DNA of 48,780 bases from positions 1 through 48,780 of the forward strand of contig CANMWZ010000033.1 of NCBI GenBank assembly GCA_947501605.1, in the 5' to 3' direction. How positions within the stretch are numbered: position 1 is the first letter of the stretch; each line of letters starts with the position of its first letter. Source of the stretch: Planctomycetota bacterium (GTDB lineage Bacteria > Planctomycetota > UBA1135 > UBA2386). Both the position numbers and the translations under genes were made by a program. The notes under the pieces were generated by a model, which was not told the DNA's origin, searched no databases, and worked only from the letters and a program-made list of their open reading frames with translations. Positions 28,701 to 37,572 of the stretch are shown in pieces.

Positions 28701-31517
28701 CAGCGCTGGCAAGACCTGCGCGACTCGTTCCTTGAACTTGTCATCCTCGACCGAGCCGGAGCGCTTCTTGTAGAGCTCGGCAAGATCCTGCAACCACTGG
28801 CCCGCCGAACTCCGCAAGCGCTGCATCTGGTCGGTGAGCTGACCGGTGGCGTTCTGCACCTGTCGACGCATGCCCTCTTCTTGGTCGGTAACGTGACCGC
28901 GATCGATGACCTGCGCCAAGACGATCGACAAGACGATCAACGGCGCCAGCACCGCGACCGACAGTACGGCCATCAGGCGCGCACGCAAATTGGCGACCGC
29001 GGCGAGCAACTCGCCAAGCAACACCACGAGCAGCGGCGCCCCGAGCAAACACAGTAGGAGCCCCATTCGGCTCGCGCCGAGGTTGGCCGCAGGTCGGTCG
29101 GGATCGGTGACTGCGACACCGAGCACCGCACCGTCCCAACCCTCGCCGGCAAGTGGGATGTAAACTGAAGCGCGCGACGCGCCGCCCTTCGTCGTGACCA
29201 AATCGGGCACGGTCGGTGCCGCGTGTCCGGCGGCATCCCGCGGCAGCACTGCGACTTCCTGCCGCGACTCGGCCGACAAGGTGGACTCACTGAGTCGACC
29301 ATCGCGGTAGATCGTCAAAGCGGTACCCGCGAGGGCCTCGCGCATGTCGTCGCGCAACCTGCGGTCCTGACCTTCGCGCAGCAACGGCGAGTCCTCGGGA
29401 TCCTGCGGTGCCGCGGCCTTGTCGCTGCCAAACACCACCGAACGAAACCTCATGCGGTAATCCGCGAGGTTGCGGAACTCGATCGCCTCTAGTTCGGCAC
29501 CCGCCGGCAGCTCGAGAACCGGCAGCACCATGTTGATGCGGCGCTCCTTCTGCTCATCGACCCAGCTGAATGCGATCGCAGCCGGCGATCCTTCGGGTGG
29601 CTGATCGCGCGTGTTGTGCACGACCAACTCGTAGAACATGCTGACTTGGTGCTCGAGAGTCAGCGTCCGCGACGGCAAGCCGTTCTTGAAGTGCAGCAGG
29701 ACCTCGGCAACGGTCGCGCCAGGGTTGGCCGTCGGCACTCCGGGATACGTCGCGCGATAGAACAGCCAGAGCTTGGTGCACGGTTCCTGGCTCGGCGGCA
29801 CGGCGATACGACGCACCACTCCAGGGCCCAATTCGAGGCCAGCATCACGGGGATACGGCCCGCGCAGATCTGTGAGCACGCCGTCGAGCGACGGTTGCCC
29901 CAAGAACAACGGTTCCGCTGGTTCGTCGCGCTGACGCAACAGGGTGAGCCCGACCAGACGAACATCACCGCCCTGCGGCATGCGAATACCGAGAGTCCGC
30001 AGGGGGCCACGCAGCGGAAAACGATGCCAATCGGTCTCGCTCGGCTCGCGCGACCACACGCCACCCGGCTGGTAGTCACCGGCAAAATAGAGGCTCTCGA
30101 CACGTGCCGTGCTCGATCCGGCGTTGAGCTGCAACTCGATCTGCGGCTGCAGGTCACCATCCGGCGGAACCTGGAGCACTGACGCGAACGGGCGGCCGAG
30201 CACCACATAGAGCTCTTCGCCGACCAACGGTGGGTCGAACTGGAAGGTCTCGACTCGCTGCGCATCCAGCGGCAACCAGTAGGGCCGAACCTGAAACGGT
30301 TCGTCTGGATACTCGCGAACCGAACCGCCGAACTCATCGGCCGCGAACTGCGAAAGGAATCTGTAGCTGGTGTACTTCTGTCGAGCGACCGACTTGCCAG
30401 CGAGCAAATCCATCAACGCACGGTCACGACTCGCACCGCGGTAACTCGCGAGCGTGCCTTGCTCGAGTTTTTCAACGAGGCCGCGAACCGTCGCCACGCT
30501 GGTCGCGAGTTCTTCTCGTTGCGCGCGGTCGCGGTAACCAACCCACAGTTCGGGCAGGAACAGCCCGACAGCGAAGAGAATGACGCCCGCGGCCAGGACG
30601 AAGGGACGCAGCCACCGGACCCGCCCAGCAAGACGAGGCCACAGCCTCAGGGTCAGAAACAACATGCCGGCCGCGAACAGCGGCACCAGCAGATAGCGGA
30701 GGTCGGAGAGCATCTCGAGCGTGAGCAGGCGCGCCGGTAGCTCCGACACGAGCGGCCCTTCCCCCTGCAGATCCAGGCGACCGTGAACGTCGGCGGTCAG
30801 CGGATCGGCACCGGCCCATGCCAACCGGGTCGCCTCCCCGCTTGGCGCGTCGACGTCGACCAGAACCACATCGCACACCACCGTCAGCTGACCGGGGCGG
30901 ACGCAGGCGAGTTGGTGGAACGGGATCGCCGCTTCGAACTCATACACACCCGGACCGACTTGACGGCCGACAGCGGCGAACCCGGTCAGTGCGGAGCCAC
31001 TTTGGCGCGGCGCGTTCGCGCGCGGCTCGATTACGAGCCAGGGACGGAGGTCCGAAAGGGGCGACAGCGACAGTTGCACTTCCTCGCCCGCAGCCGCTGT
31101 CGAATCGGGACCGCCTGGGGCCAGTCCGAAGTACAGGTCGAGGTGGTCGCCACCCCCACCCGCGCCGACGCCGTGGTATTGGGCAACGTCATCGCGAACG
31201 CGACCGGCCAGATAGAGGGTGTTGGCATCGTAGGCAAACTGCAGTTGACAGGACGCATCCTCCGACCCAGTCCAGCCAGCCGCTGCTTCTTCAAGGAGCT
31301 GTTCGCGAGCGGCCAGTGTGACCTGTGGCCGCCAGGCCCATTCCGTCAAGTTCCCGTCGACGGTTGGAGCAAGACGGATTCGGGGGACGGAGGCCACTGC
31401 CGTGGAAGGCACAGGACCCTCGTTCTGAGCGGCCAAATCGGCCACGCCGACGGCAAGTCCAATCAGGACCGATGGCCAAATCCGGCACGACTGCGCAATT
31501 CGCCACAAATTCGCCAT
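25725..31517 (-). CDS. Giant membrane-anchored sigma-54-dependent activator (signal, CBM9/DOMON-like, 5 TM, HAMP, GAF, degenerate GGDEF, AAA+, wHTH)
   Basis: [55 protein letters not shown]...GQL...FNKM; DPLTG; N-terminal VDGNLTEW...[15 protein letters not shown]...YEFEAAIP; start uncertain. Confidence 0.9.
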   Translation of the reverse strand: MANLWRIAQSCRIWPSVLIGLAVGVADLAAQNEGPVPSTAVASVPRIRLAPTVDGNLTEWAWRPQVTLAAREQLLEEAAAGWTGSEDASCQLQFAYDANTLYLAGRVRDDVAQYHGVGAGGGGDHLDLYFGLAPGGPDSTAAAGEEVQLSLSPLSDLRPWLVIEPRANAPRQSGSALTGFAAVGRQVGPGVYEFEAAIPFHQLACVRPGQLTVVCDVVLVDVDAPSGEATRLAWAGADPLTADVHGRLDLQGEGPLVSELPARLLTLEMLSDLRYLLVPLFAAGMLFLTLRLWPRLAGRVRWLRPFVLAAGVILFAVGLFLPELWVGYRDRAQREELATSVATVRGLVEKLEQGTLASYRGASRDRALMDLLAGKSVARQKYTSYRFLSQFAADEFGGSVREYPDEPFQVRPYWLPLDAQRVETFQFDPPLVGEELYVVLGRPFASVLQVPPDGDLQPQIELQLNAGSSTARVESLYFAGDYQPGGVWSREPSETDWHRFPLRGPLRTLGIRMPQGGDVRLVGLTLLRQRDEPAEPLFLGQPSLDGVLTDLRGPYPRDAGLELGPGVVRRIAVPPSQEPCTKLWLFYRATYPGVPTANPGATVAEVLLHFKNGLPSRTLTLEHQVSMFYELVVHNTRDQPPEGSPAAIAFSWVDEQKERRINMVLPVLELPAGAELEAIEFRNLADYRMRFRSVVFGSDKAAAPQDPEDSPLLREGQDRRLRDDMREALAGTALTIYRDGRLSESTLSAESRQEVAVLPRDAAGHAAPTVPDLVTTKGGASRASVYIPLAGEGWDGAVLGVAVTDPDRPAANLGASRMGLLLCLLGAPLLVVLLGELLAAVANLRARLMAVLSVAVLAPLIVLSIVLAQVIDRGHVTDQEEGMRRQVQNATGQLTDQMQRLRSSAGQWLQDLAELYKKRSGSVEDDKFKERVAQVLPALQQLLAGQLPPEWKGGFLKLEWIPMPAGRADQGLSTVAGDTRLASTEAPARLEPGVYVHWGTVVIAVRSEAPVRGGTLALTVARPLGADLLGALAPGASVMLCDPRGYPIEVAGTRIEPSALLLHGRDPASMASRERAMFAAMDQRQSVVERASSAYGDWLCGCEVLRDLQDTPRALLVLAQPDLPATLDLSIGRIPVRAFFVLVGGLLLVLSTFVSFVVSHRISRPIEQIERGAQLLAEGQLDARVPVDEPGQLGQLSRTFNKMAGDLQGRLYDLQKLNRAMRDLSAQLDSNHTLAVLRRFCEEHVPADRVRIAVIDPDTNKVELHGGLETERLELALTFSFLSQALGPFSLCRLPIVFSELLQRLPGIHSIVGIPLLVGGRCRGAVLLGFQGASPKEIDLQLLATVVAQAAVALDNAQLYRHAVQDPLTGAFAPDYFRRRVAEEVAVAQQRGAPLVLLALGLGDGAGRPRGLRRFAAVLREHLPRGALLCHSGSGQFQLLAPKSDRSSGEALVLRILESWQRVVEQAPESDIEDKLPTSALAVFPEEAASAEFLFDVLRDRLASGSALTPVAVEVEVDASLRRAGITAVSSAMRDVYRTMRRVAPTDIAVLFLGETGSGKEVLTNLLHRWSRRAGGPLVKVHCAALSETLLASELFGHEKGAFTGADRRKIGKFEQANGGTIFLDEVGEIPLDVQVKLLRVLQEREVDRVGGADPVPIDVRVVAATNRDIGQMVADGRFREDLYYRLQGIIVQVPPLRDRRQEIPALVEQFRSEVVASGESRVRAFTTDAMDDLFRRDWPGNIRELRNAVYRAMVLAGGELVERRDVMAALPSSSQVAPGSGSAVVSQAPTQGAPATVPSPASPSTIEVGGAVSVTVESPVVVPGPPAEPTEASVSPAAVGAPAVLPPLPDVVLVALPPRVRLLYERLVAAGSMATQDHMESTGISHRTGLRDLQQLVDLGLAERVGSRRGARYRPTSSHGPLGGVADSK

Positions 31518-31699
31518 GGGCTGGGCAGTGTAGATGCCCAGCTCGATGGAGCAAGTCGCCGCTCCCCACAAGGCGGAGGCCGCGGCGAGAGACGCGTAGG
31601 AAATGCAACGAGCCGGACAAGTCCGGCTCGCTGACTGCAGCACGCCGAGCCAACCGCCGTTCGGGCAGCGCAGCTCGGGTGCGGGCTAGGCGACGTGCC

Positions 31700-34600
31700 T
31701 CAGCGACGATCGCGCCGCGGCCCTCGCGGTCCGCGCGGGCCACGACCACCCGAATCTGGACGGCCGATCAGGCTGTCGGCATCCTCCAGATCCCCGATGT
31801 CTTGCCCCTTGATCGGGGGCGGCTCGACCAGGTCATCATCGGTCGGGTCGAACTCGCTCATCGGCAACTTGGAGGGCGAATCACCGCGGGGGCCACGCGA
31901 GCCCTCGTCACGAGAACGCCGTGCTGGGCCACGTTCGAGGCGATCCGTCGGGGCATCGCCGCCAAGGCCGCCGACTGGGCGGTCACCACGGACGGGGCGC
32001 TCGACGGGAACTGGCGCGTCTTCGCGAACCGGACGCTCGGGCCGACCAGCGTCACCCCGGAAGGGGCGATCCTCGCGCGGAGCGCGTTCATCGCGAACCG
32101 GACGGTCCTCGCGAACCGGACGATCCTCGCGCGGCCCGCGTTCCGGACGAGCGAACTCGCTGCGGACCGGACGGTCTTCGCGCGGCGCACGTTCCTCTCG
32201 CATCGGCCGGTCATCGCGGACCGGGCGATCCTCGCGCGGCGCACGCTCGTCGCGCACCGGGCGATCTCCCCGCGGTGCACGCTCGTCGCGGACCGGGCGT
32301 TCCTCGCGCGGGGCACGGGCGTCGCGCAGCGGTCGTTCCTCGCGCGGTGCACGCTCATCGCGCACCGGACGATCCTCGCGCGGGGCACGCTCATCGCGCA
32401 CCGGACGATCCTCGCGCGGGGCACGGGCGTCGCGTACCGGACGATCCTCGCGCGGCGCACGCTCGTCGCGCACCGGTCGATCTTCGCGCGGCGCACGCTC
32501 CTCGCGCATCGGACGATCCTCGCGCAGTGCACGCTCCTCGCGCACCGGACGATCCTCGCGCGGTGCACGCTCGTCGCGCACCGGACGATCTTCGCGCGGG
32601 GCACGTTCATCGCGCACCGGACGATCTTCGCGCGGTGCACGGTCAGCGCGCGGACCGCGGTCCTCACGGTGGCTACCGCCATCCTCGCGGGGCGCACGCT
32701 CAGGACGCGGGCTACGCTCTTCGCGCGGTGCACGAACCTCGGTCGGGCTGCGATCGTCACTCGGGGCGCGGTCTTCGCGCGGACCGCGATCGTCGCGGAA
32801 ACCACGCTCAGGACGCGGCGCCTGCTCCTCTCGCGGAGCACGCTCGGGGCGATCCCCGCGCGAACCGCGGTCGTCGCGCGGCGGGCGCGACGAGCCGTCG
32901 CCGTCGACCACCGGTGCATCCCCGCGCTCGGCCAGGATCACGGCCTTACGGCTCAACTTGATCTTGCCGAAGTCGTCGATGCCGATGACCTTGACCTTCA
33001 GCGTGTCGCCGATGCGGACGACGTCGGTGACCGACTTGATGAAGCCATCCGACAGCTCCGACACGTGCACAAGACCCTCTTGGCCCGGCAGGATCTCGAC
33101 GAACGCACCGAACTCCTTGATGGCCGACACGCGACCTTCGTAGATCTGGCCAACGCCAACTTCGGCCGTCATCGCCTTGATGTGCTCGACGCAGGCCATG
33201 ACCTTCTCGGCGTTGACGCCGGTCACCGTGCAGAGGCCGCCGTCCTCGATGCTGATGCGCACCTCGAACAACTCCTGCATGCCGCGGATGTTCTTGCCAG
33301 CCGGGCCAATGATCATGCCGATCTTCTCTTGCGGCACGGTCACAGACTCAAGGCGCGGCGCATTCGGGCTCAACTGCGAGCGCGGCTCGCGCAGCGTCTT
33401 CAGCATCTCGCGCAAGACGTGCAAGCGGCCTTGGCGCGCCTGCTCGAGCGCCTGCTTCAGGATCTCGCGGGTTAGGCCCTCGCACTTGATGTCCATCTGC
33501 AGCGCGGTGATTCCGCGGCCGGTGCCGACGACCTTGAAGTCCATGTCGCCGCATGCATCCTCGCTGCCGAGGATGTCGGACAGGATGGCGAACTTCTTGC
33601 CCTCCATCACGAGACCCATCGCGACGCCCGCGACCGGTTGCTTGATCGGAACGCCCGCGTCCATCATCGCAAGCGTCGCCGCGCACGCGGTCGCCATGGA
33701 CGAACTACCGTTCGACTCGAGGATCTCGCTGGTGATGCGGATGGTGTACGGGAAGTCCTCGCGCGACGGGAGCACCGGTTCGACACCGCGCTCCGCCAGC
33801 GCGCCGTGACCGATCTCGCGGCGACCAGGTGAACCCGTGCGCTTCACTTCACCGACGCTGAAGGGCGGGAAGTTGTAATGGAGCAGGAAGCGCTTCTTGC
33901 CCTCCGGCATCAGGCCATCGACCATCTGCTGATCGTCGATGCCGCCGAGGGTCACGATGCCGAGAGCCTGCGTCTCGCCTCGCGTGAAGAGCACAGAACC
34001 GTGCACGCGCGGCAGCACGCCAACCTCGATCGTGATCGGGCGGATCGACGTGTGATCGCGGCCGTCAGCGCGACGACCCTTGAGGATCGACTGGCGCTCA
34101 CCGTCCTTGATGGTGTTGCCGATGATCTCACCGGTGACCTTGCCCCACTTCATCTTCTCGGCATCGGTGCTGCCGGCCGGGGCTGGGAACGCCTGCGTTG
34201 CCGCTTCCTTGGCGACCTTGATTGCAGCGCTGCGCTGCTGCTTCGAACCCGGCGTCAGCGGGGCGCGACGCAGTTGGTCGCCGAACTGCGATTCGATCGC
34301 AGCGACGAGTTTCTCGTCGAGCTTCGGCGGAGTGAACGGCGCCTTCTGGCGGCCGGCGAGAGCGCGCAGTTCTTCGATCAGTGCGGCGACGTCGCGCGCG
34401 GTCTTGTGGCCCAGCTCGAGCGCTTCGAGCATGACCTCTTCGCTGACTTCCTTGGCGCCGGCCTCGACCATCACCACCGCGTCTTCGCTGCCGGCAACGG
34501 TCAGGTTCAGCTTGTTCTCCGGCGATTGGATCTGGCTCCACAGCGGGTTGATGACGAGCTTGTCATCGCGCATGCCGACGCGGCACATGCCGAGCGTCGT

Positions 34601-35263
34601 CCCATGCGGAATCGAACTCAGTGCCAGCGCTGCAAAGCATGCAATCGCGGCGACGACGTCTGGATCGTTCTCGCGATCCGTCGCAAGCACCTGCGACAAG
34701 ACTTGGACCTCGGCCTTGTAGCCGTCTGGGAACATCGGCCTCACCGAGCGGTCGATGAGGCGGCAGCCAAGGATCTCCTTGGTCGTCGGCCGGCCTTCGC
34801 GCTTGAAGAAGCCGCCGGGGATCATGCCTGCGGCCGCGGTCTTCTCGCGGTAGTCGACGGTGAGCGGGAAGAAGTCGACGTGGTCGCCGGCCTTCTGACT
34901 CTGTGCGGTCGCAAGAACCACGGTTTCGCCGTACGAGACGACCACGGCGCCGTCGGCCTGACGCGCCATTCGGCCCGTCTCGATCGTCAGCTTGCGACCG
35001 CCGATCTCGCGCTCCACGCGAATCGCCTTCGGAATGCCACCCGAGCTCACAGGCACGGGGGCGGGGGCGGCGCTGGTGCGCGCTGCGGGGGTAGTGCGCG
35101 CGGCCGGTTCGGCGGCGCGAGCGGTGCTCTTGGTCGACGGCTCTGCCGCGGCGGCCTCGGGCTTCTTGGTGCGCGGGCGTGCGCCGGCGCTAGCGCTGCG
35201 GGTGCCACTGCTCTTGCTGCGGCTGGTTTGAGGGGAGTCGTCGGTCTTCTTCTTGCTTGCCAT
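31700..35263 (-). CDS. pnp: Polyribonucleotide nucleotidyltransferase with N- and C-terminal low-complexity extensions
   Basis: [67 protein letters not shown] and S1 domains. Confidence 0.98.
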   Translation of the reverse strand: MASKKKTDDSPQTSRSKSSGTRSASAGARPRTKKPEAAAAEPSTKSTARAAEPAARTTPAARTSAAPAPVPVSSGGIPKAIRVEREIGGRKLTIETGRMARQADGAVVVSYGETVVLATAQSQKAGDHVDFFPLTVDYREKTAAAGMIPGGFFKREGRPTTKEILGCRLIDRSVRPMFPDGYKAEVQVLSQVLATDRENDPDVVAAIACFAALALSSIPHGTTLGMCRVGMRDDKLVINPLWSQIQSPENKLNLTVAGSEDAVVMVEAGAKEVSEEVMLEALELGHKTARDVAALIEELRALAGRQKAPFTPPKLDEKLVAAIESQFGDQLRRAPLTPGSKQQRSAAIKVAKEAATQAFPAPAGSTDAEKMKWGKVTGEIIGNTIKDGERQSILKGRRADGRDHTSIRPITIEVGVLPRVHGSVLFTRGETQALGIVTLGGIDDQQMVDGLMPEGKKRFLLHYNFPPFSVGEVKRTGSPGRREIGHGALAERGVEPVLPSREDFPYTIRITSEILESNGSSSMATACAATLAMMDAGVPIKQPVAGVAMGLVMEGKKFAILSDILGSEDACGDMDFKVVGTGRGITALQMDIKCEGLTREILKQALEQARQGRLHVLREMLKTLREPRSQLSPNAPRLESVTVPQEKIGMIIGPAGKNIRGMQELFEVRISIEDGGLCTVTGVNAEKVMACVEHIKAMTAEVGVGQIYEGRVSAIKEFGAFVEILPGQEGLVHVSELSDGFIKSVTDVVRIGDTLKVKVIGIDDFGKIKLSRKAVILAERGDAPVVDGDGSSRPPRDDRGSRGDRPERAPREEQAPRPERGFRDDRGPREDRAPSDDRSPTEVRAPREERSPRPERAPREDGGSHREDRGPRADRAPREDRPVRDERAPREDRPVRDERAPREDRPVREERALREDRPMREERAPREDRPVRDERAPREDRPVRDARAPREDRPVRDERAPREDRPVRDERAPREERPLRDARAPREERPVRDERAPRGDRPVRDERAPREDRPVRDDRPMREERAPREDRPVRSEFARPERGPREDRPVREDRPVRDERAPREDRPFRGDAGRPERPVREDAPVPVERPVRGDRPVGGLGGDAPTDRLERGPARRSRDEGSRGPRGDSPSKLPMSEFDPTDDDLVEPPPIKGQDIGDLEDADSLIGRPDSGGRGPRGPRGPRRDRR
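32165..32632 (-). repeat. Coding tandem repeat in pnp: 26 x 18-nt units (36-nt higher order; [12 protein letters not shown])
   Basis: Counted in the translation; degenerate units flank the array on both sides. Confidence 0.95.
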
Positions 35264-35328
35264 TCTCGTTCTCGATGTGCCGCCTGCCTCGTTGAAACGG
35301 GCGGGTCAGCTTGGTCTCGGTCTCTTGG

Positions 35329-35474
35329 CCGTGCGTCACCCCCTCCTGGGGCCGTTGCACGGTTGCGGGCGGTTGCGTTGGTGCGATCGCCCTGCAGGTC
35401 GTCGGTATCCGCGCTCAAGGAGCGAGGAGCCGGTCCCACTACGGGCGCGCACCCTCCTGGTGCTCGTGCGCCCG
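35329..35474 (-). promoter_or_regulatory. Two hairpins with AGGAG loops in the pnp 5' region
   Basis: mRNA CCCC-AGGAG-GGGG (35329-35362) and GCACC-AGGAG-GGUGC (35442-35474), each with a further outer stem. Confidence 0.5.
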
Positions 35475-35636
35475 CATCGGCTGCGCACCGGCATCGCCGG
35501 CTGTGGTGCCATCTTGGCGCCAACGCAGCAGTTTGCCGCAGCCTCATTGCGAGGTGCGGTCGCATTGTCAGTTGGTTCTATCCTTCGTGGCTGCTCGACG
35601 CCGCGGCCGTTGCCGTAGCGCCCTCGCCCGGGCTTG

Positions 35637-35906
35637 CTACCTGCGCAGGCCCAGCTTGTCGGCGAGCTGGTTGTATCGATCGCGCGAGACGCGCTGCAGG
35701 TACTTCATCAGCTTGTTGCGGCGGTTGACCTGGAACAGGAGGCCGCGGCGGCTGGCGTAGTCCTTCGGGTGGCGCTGCATGTGCTTGGTCAGGTCCTTGA
35801 TGGACGCGGTCAGCACAGTGACCTGGACTTCGGGCGAACCCGTGTCGTTGTCGTGGCGCTTGTTGGACTGGATGAGCTGCTTCTTGGTCTCGGCGGAAAG
35901 TGGCAT
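35637..35906 (-). CDS. rpsO: 30S ribosomal protein S15
   Basis: 89 aa; HDNDTGSPEVQV, HPKDYASRRGLL, LGLRR; canonical position before pnp. Confidence 0.98.
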   Translation of the reverse strand: MPLSAETKKQLIQSNKRHDNDTGSPEVQVTVLTASIKDLTKHMQRHPKDYASRRGLLFQVNRRNKLMKYLQRVSRDRYNQLADKLGLRR

Positions 35907-36148
35907 CCCTGGATCCTCGTTCGGTTTCAAAACCAGCGCGCCAGAACAGGGATTCCAGCGGCGCGGTCGGCCAAAGGCAAAAACTTGAGGCGGGAAGGCT
36001 ACCGGTCGGCCGACCAAGTGCAAGCGCGCCGAGGAATGCGCGCGTCCAAGCCCCCCCAAAGGCCACACCAGCCAGACCGCCTCCCTTGCGGCCGCCGCGG
36101 CGCGCGCGCACCACCGAGACCGGAGGTTTCGTGCCCTCCGGCTCGCGG

Positions 36149-36754
36149 TCAGTTGCCGCCAGCGCGGCGTCGCTGCAGGTGGTTCAACACCTCGACCATC
36201 GCCTGCTCGGCACAACTCCGCCCCATCTGGTCCCGATCGCGCGGGGCCGCCGAAAGGCCACCGGCCTTGACCGACCCGGCCAGACTGCCACTCCAGAGGA
36301 TCTCGCCGTCGTTGGCGACGAGTGCCGCCTGCACGTCGAAGTCGACCTTCTTGTCCGCCATCATGTGAGACTCGTCCCACCGATTGACGCGAACGGCCAG
36401 AACTGCATCTTCTGACGACTTCCCGGCCACGCGCTTCAGGTACGCCGGCGTCATCAGGGTCTCGCCCGCCTGCTTCTGGTGCCGGAGCATCGCCGCATCC
36501 ACCAGCTCGAGCGACAACGGCGAGTAGAGCCGCGATGGCAACTGCCGCCACAACGCCTGCCGCATGTAGTCGACGTAGTTCGCCGCAGCCACACTCGCCG
36601 AGCCGTCCTCTACAGGCAGGACGGCGATGTCGGAAGGGTTGCGCAACGCCAGCGCCGGCGACGCCGCAAAGGAGGATGTCGCGTTGATCGGAGGCGGCGT
36701 CGCGCACGACGTCACCAACGCCAACAGAACGAGAGCAATGGACCGCTTCACCAT
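36149..36754 (-). CDS. Lipoprotein, possibly DUF799/GNA1162-like
   Basis: MVKRSIALVLLALVTSC lipobox; IAVLP, DAVL, GEILWS pattern. Confidence 0.7.
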   Translation of the reverse strand: MVKRSIALVLLALVTSCATPPPINATSSFAASPALALRNPSDIAVLPVEDGSASVAAANYVDYMRQALWRQLPSRLYSPLSLELVDAAMLRHQKQAGETLMTPAYLKRVAGKSSEDAVLAVRVNRWDESHMMADKKVDFDVQAALVANDGEILWSGSLAGSVKAGGLSAAPRDRDQMGRSCAEQAMVEVLNHLQRRRAGGN

Positions 36755-36884
36755 GACCTGAACTCGACGGGACTTCGCCAACAGACGCCGCGCAGGGTAG
36801 CGAACGAGTCGCCCGGGCGCACGCGTCCGAAGCCGGGATCCGCACGGTTGTCGACAATCATCGTCGTCGCCGCTGGAACGACGA

Positions 36885-37559
36885 TCACGCGGGCGACCAC
36901 GCGCGTTCACTGCGGAGACACGATTCGCACCGACCACAGGGCTCGGCGCCACCTTCGTAACAAGACCATAGGTCACTGCGGGCAATCCCGAGTTGGCGCG
37001 CGGCGGCGACGATCCCCCGCTTGTCGAGATGCTGCACCGGGCCGGCCACCGAAACGCCCGTTCGCGTGCCCTGCGTCAAGAACTCCCCCGCCGCGGCGAC
37101 GAACGCCTCCGAGTTGTCGGGAAACGTCGCCGCCTCCTCGCGATTGAACCCGGCGATTACGACCGTTGCGCCCAAGGCCTCGGCGAACGCGGCGCCGATG
37201 GCGAGGAATACACAGTTGCGCGCCGGCACCCAAACCGCAGCCGCGGTTCGCGCATCCCCAGGATCCGCAAGCGTGCCGCTCGGCATTGCCTTGCCGACGT
37301 CGACCAGCGCCGAGCCGACCAGATGAGACGCCGAGGCGAGCCACGGCAGTGCCACACGCTCCCACGACAACGAGTGCCTGGCGCAGAACTGCTGCGCGAC
37401 CTCGGCTTCGCGTGCGCTGGCCCGCTGGCCGTAATCGAAGGTAAGGCAACGCGCGAGGTGGTTGCCACCGGCCATCCATGCCGCCGCAGCCACGACCGAA
37501 TCGAGGCCACCCGAGAGCAGCGCGATGGCTACCCGCGGAGGAAACTGCCCCGCCGTCAT
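36885..37559 (-). CDS. queC: 7-cyano-7-deazaguanine synthase
   Basis: LLSGGLDS, FDYGQR, WVPARN, FPDNS, WSCY..PCGRCESC. Confidence 0.95.
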   Translation of the reverse strand: MTAGQFPPRVAIALLSGGLDSVVAAAAWMAGGNHLARCLTFDYGQRASAREAEVAQQFCARHSLSWERVALPWLASASHLVGSALVDVGKAMPSGTLADPGDARTAAAVWVPARNCVFLAIGAAFAEALGATVVIAGFNREEAATFPDNSEAFVAAAGEFLTQGTRTGVSVAGPVQHLDKRGIVAAARQLGIARSDLWSCYEGGAEPCGRCESCLRSERAWSPA

Positions 37560-37572
37560 GGATGGAACTTCG

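Noticed and set aside
32165..32632. 36-nt periodic repeats as a CRISPR array
   Set aside because: Units are contiguous with no unique spacers, in frame within pnp, and no cas genes are present.
31325..33475. Long plus-strand ORFs (716, 482 and 346 aa) over the pnp tail
   Set aside because: Antisense shadows of a GC-rich, stop-poor repeat.
35907..36857. 406-aa ORF suggesting an N-terminally extended S15
   Set aside because: The upstream part overlaps the lipoprotein gene in another frame; S15 starts at ATG 35906 with normal length.
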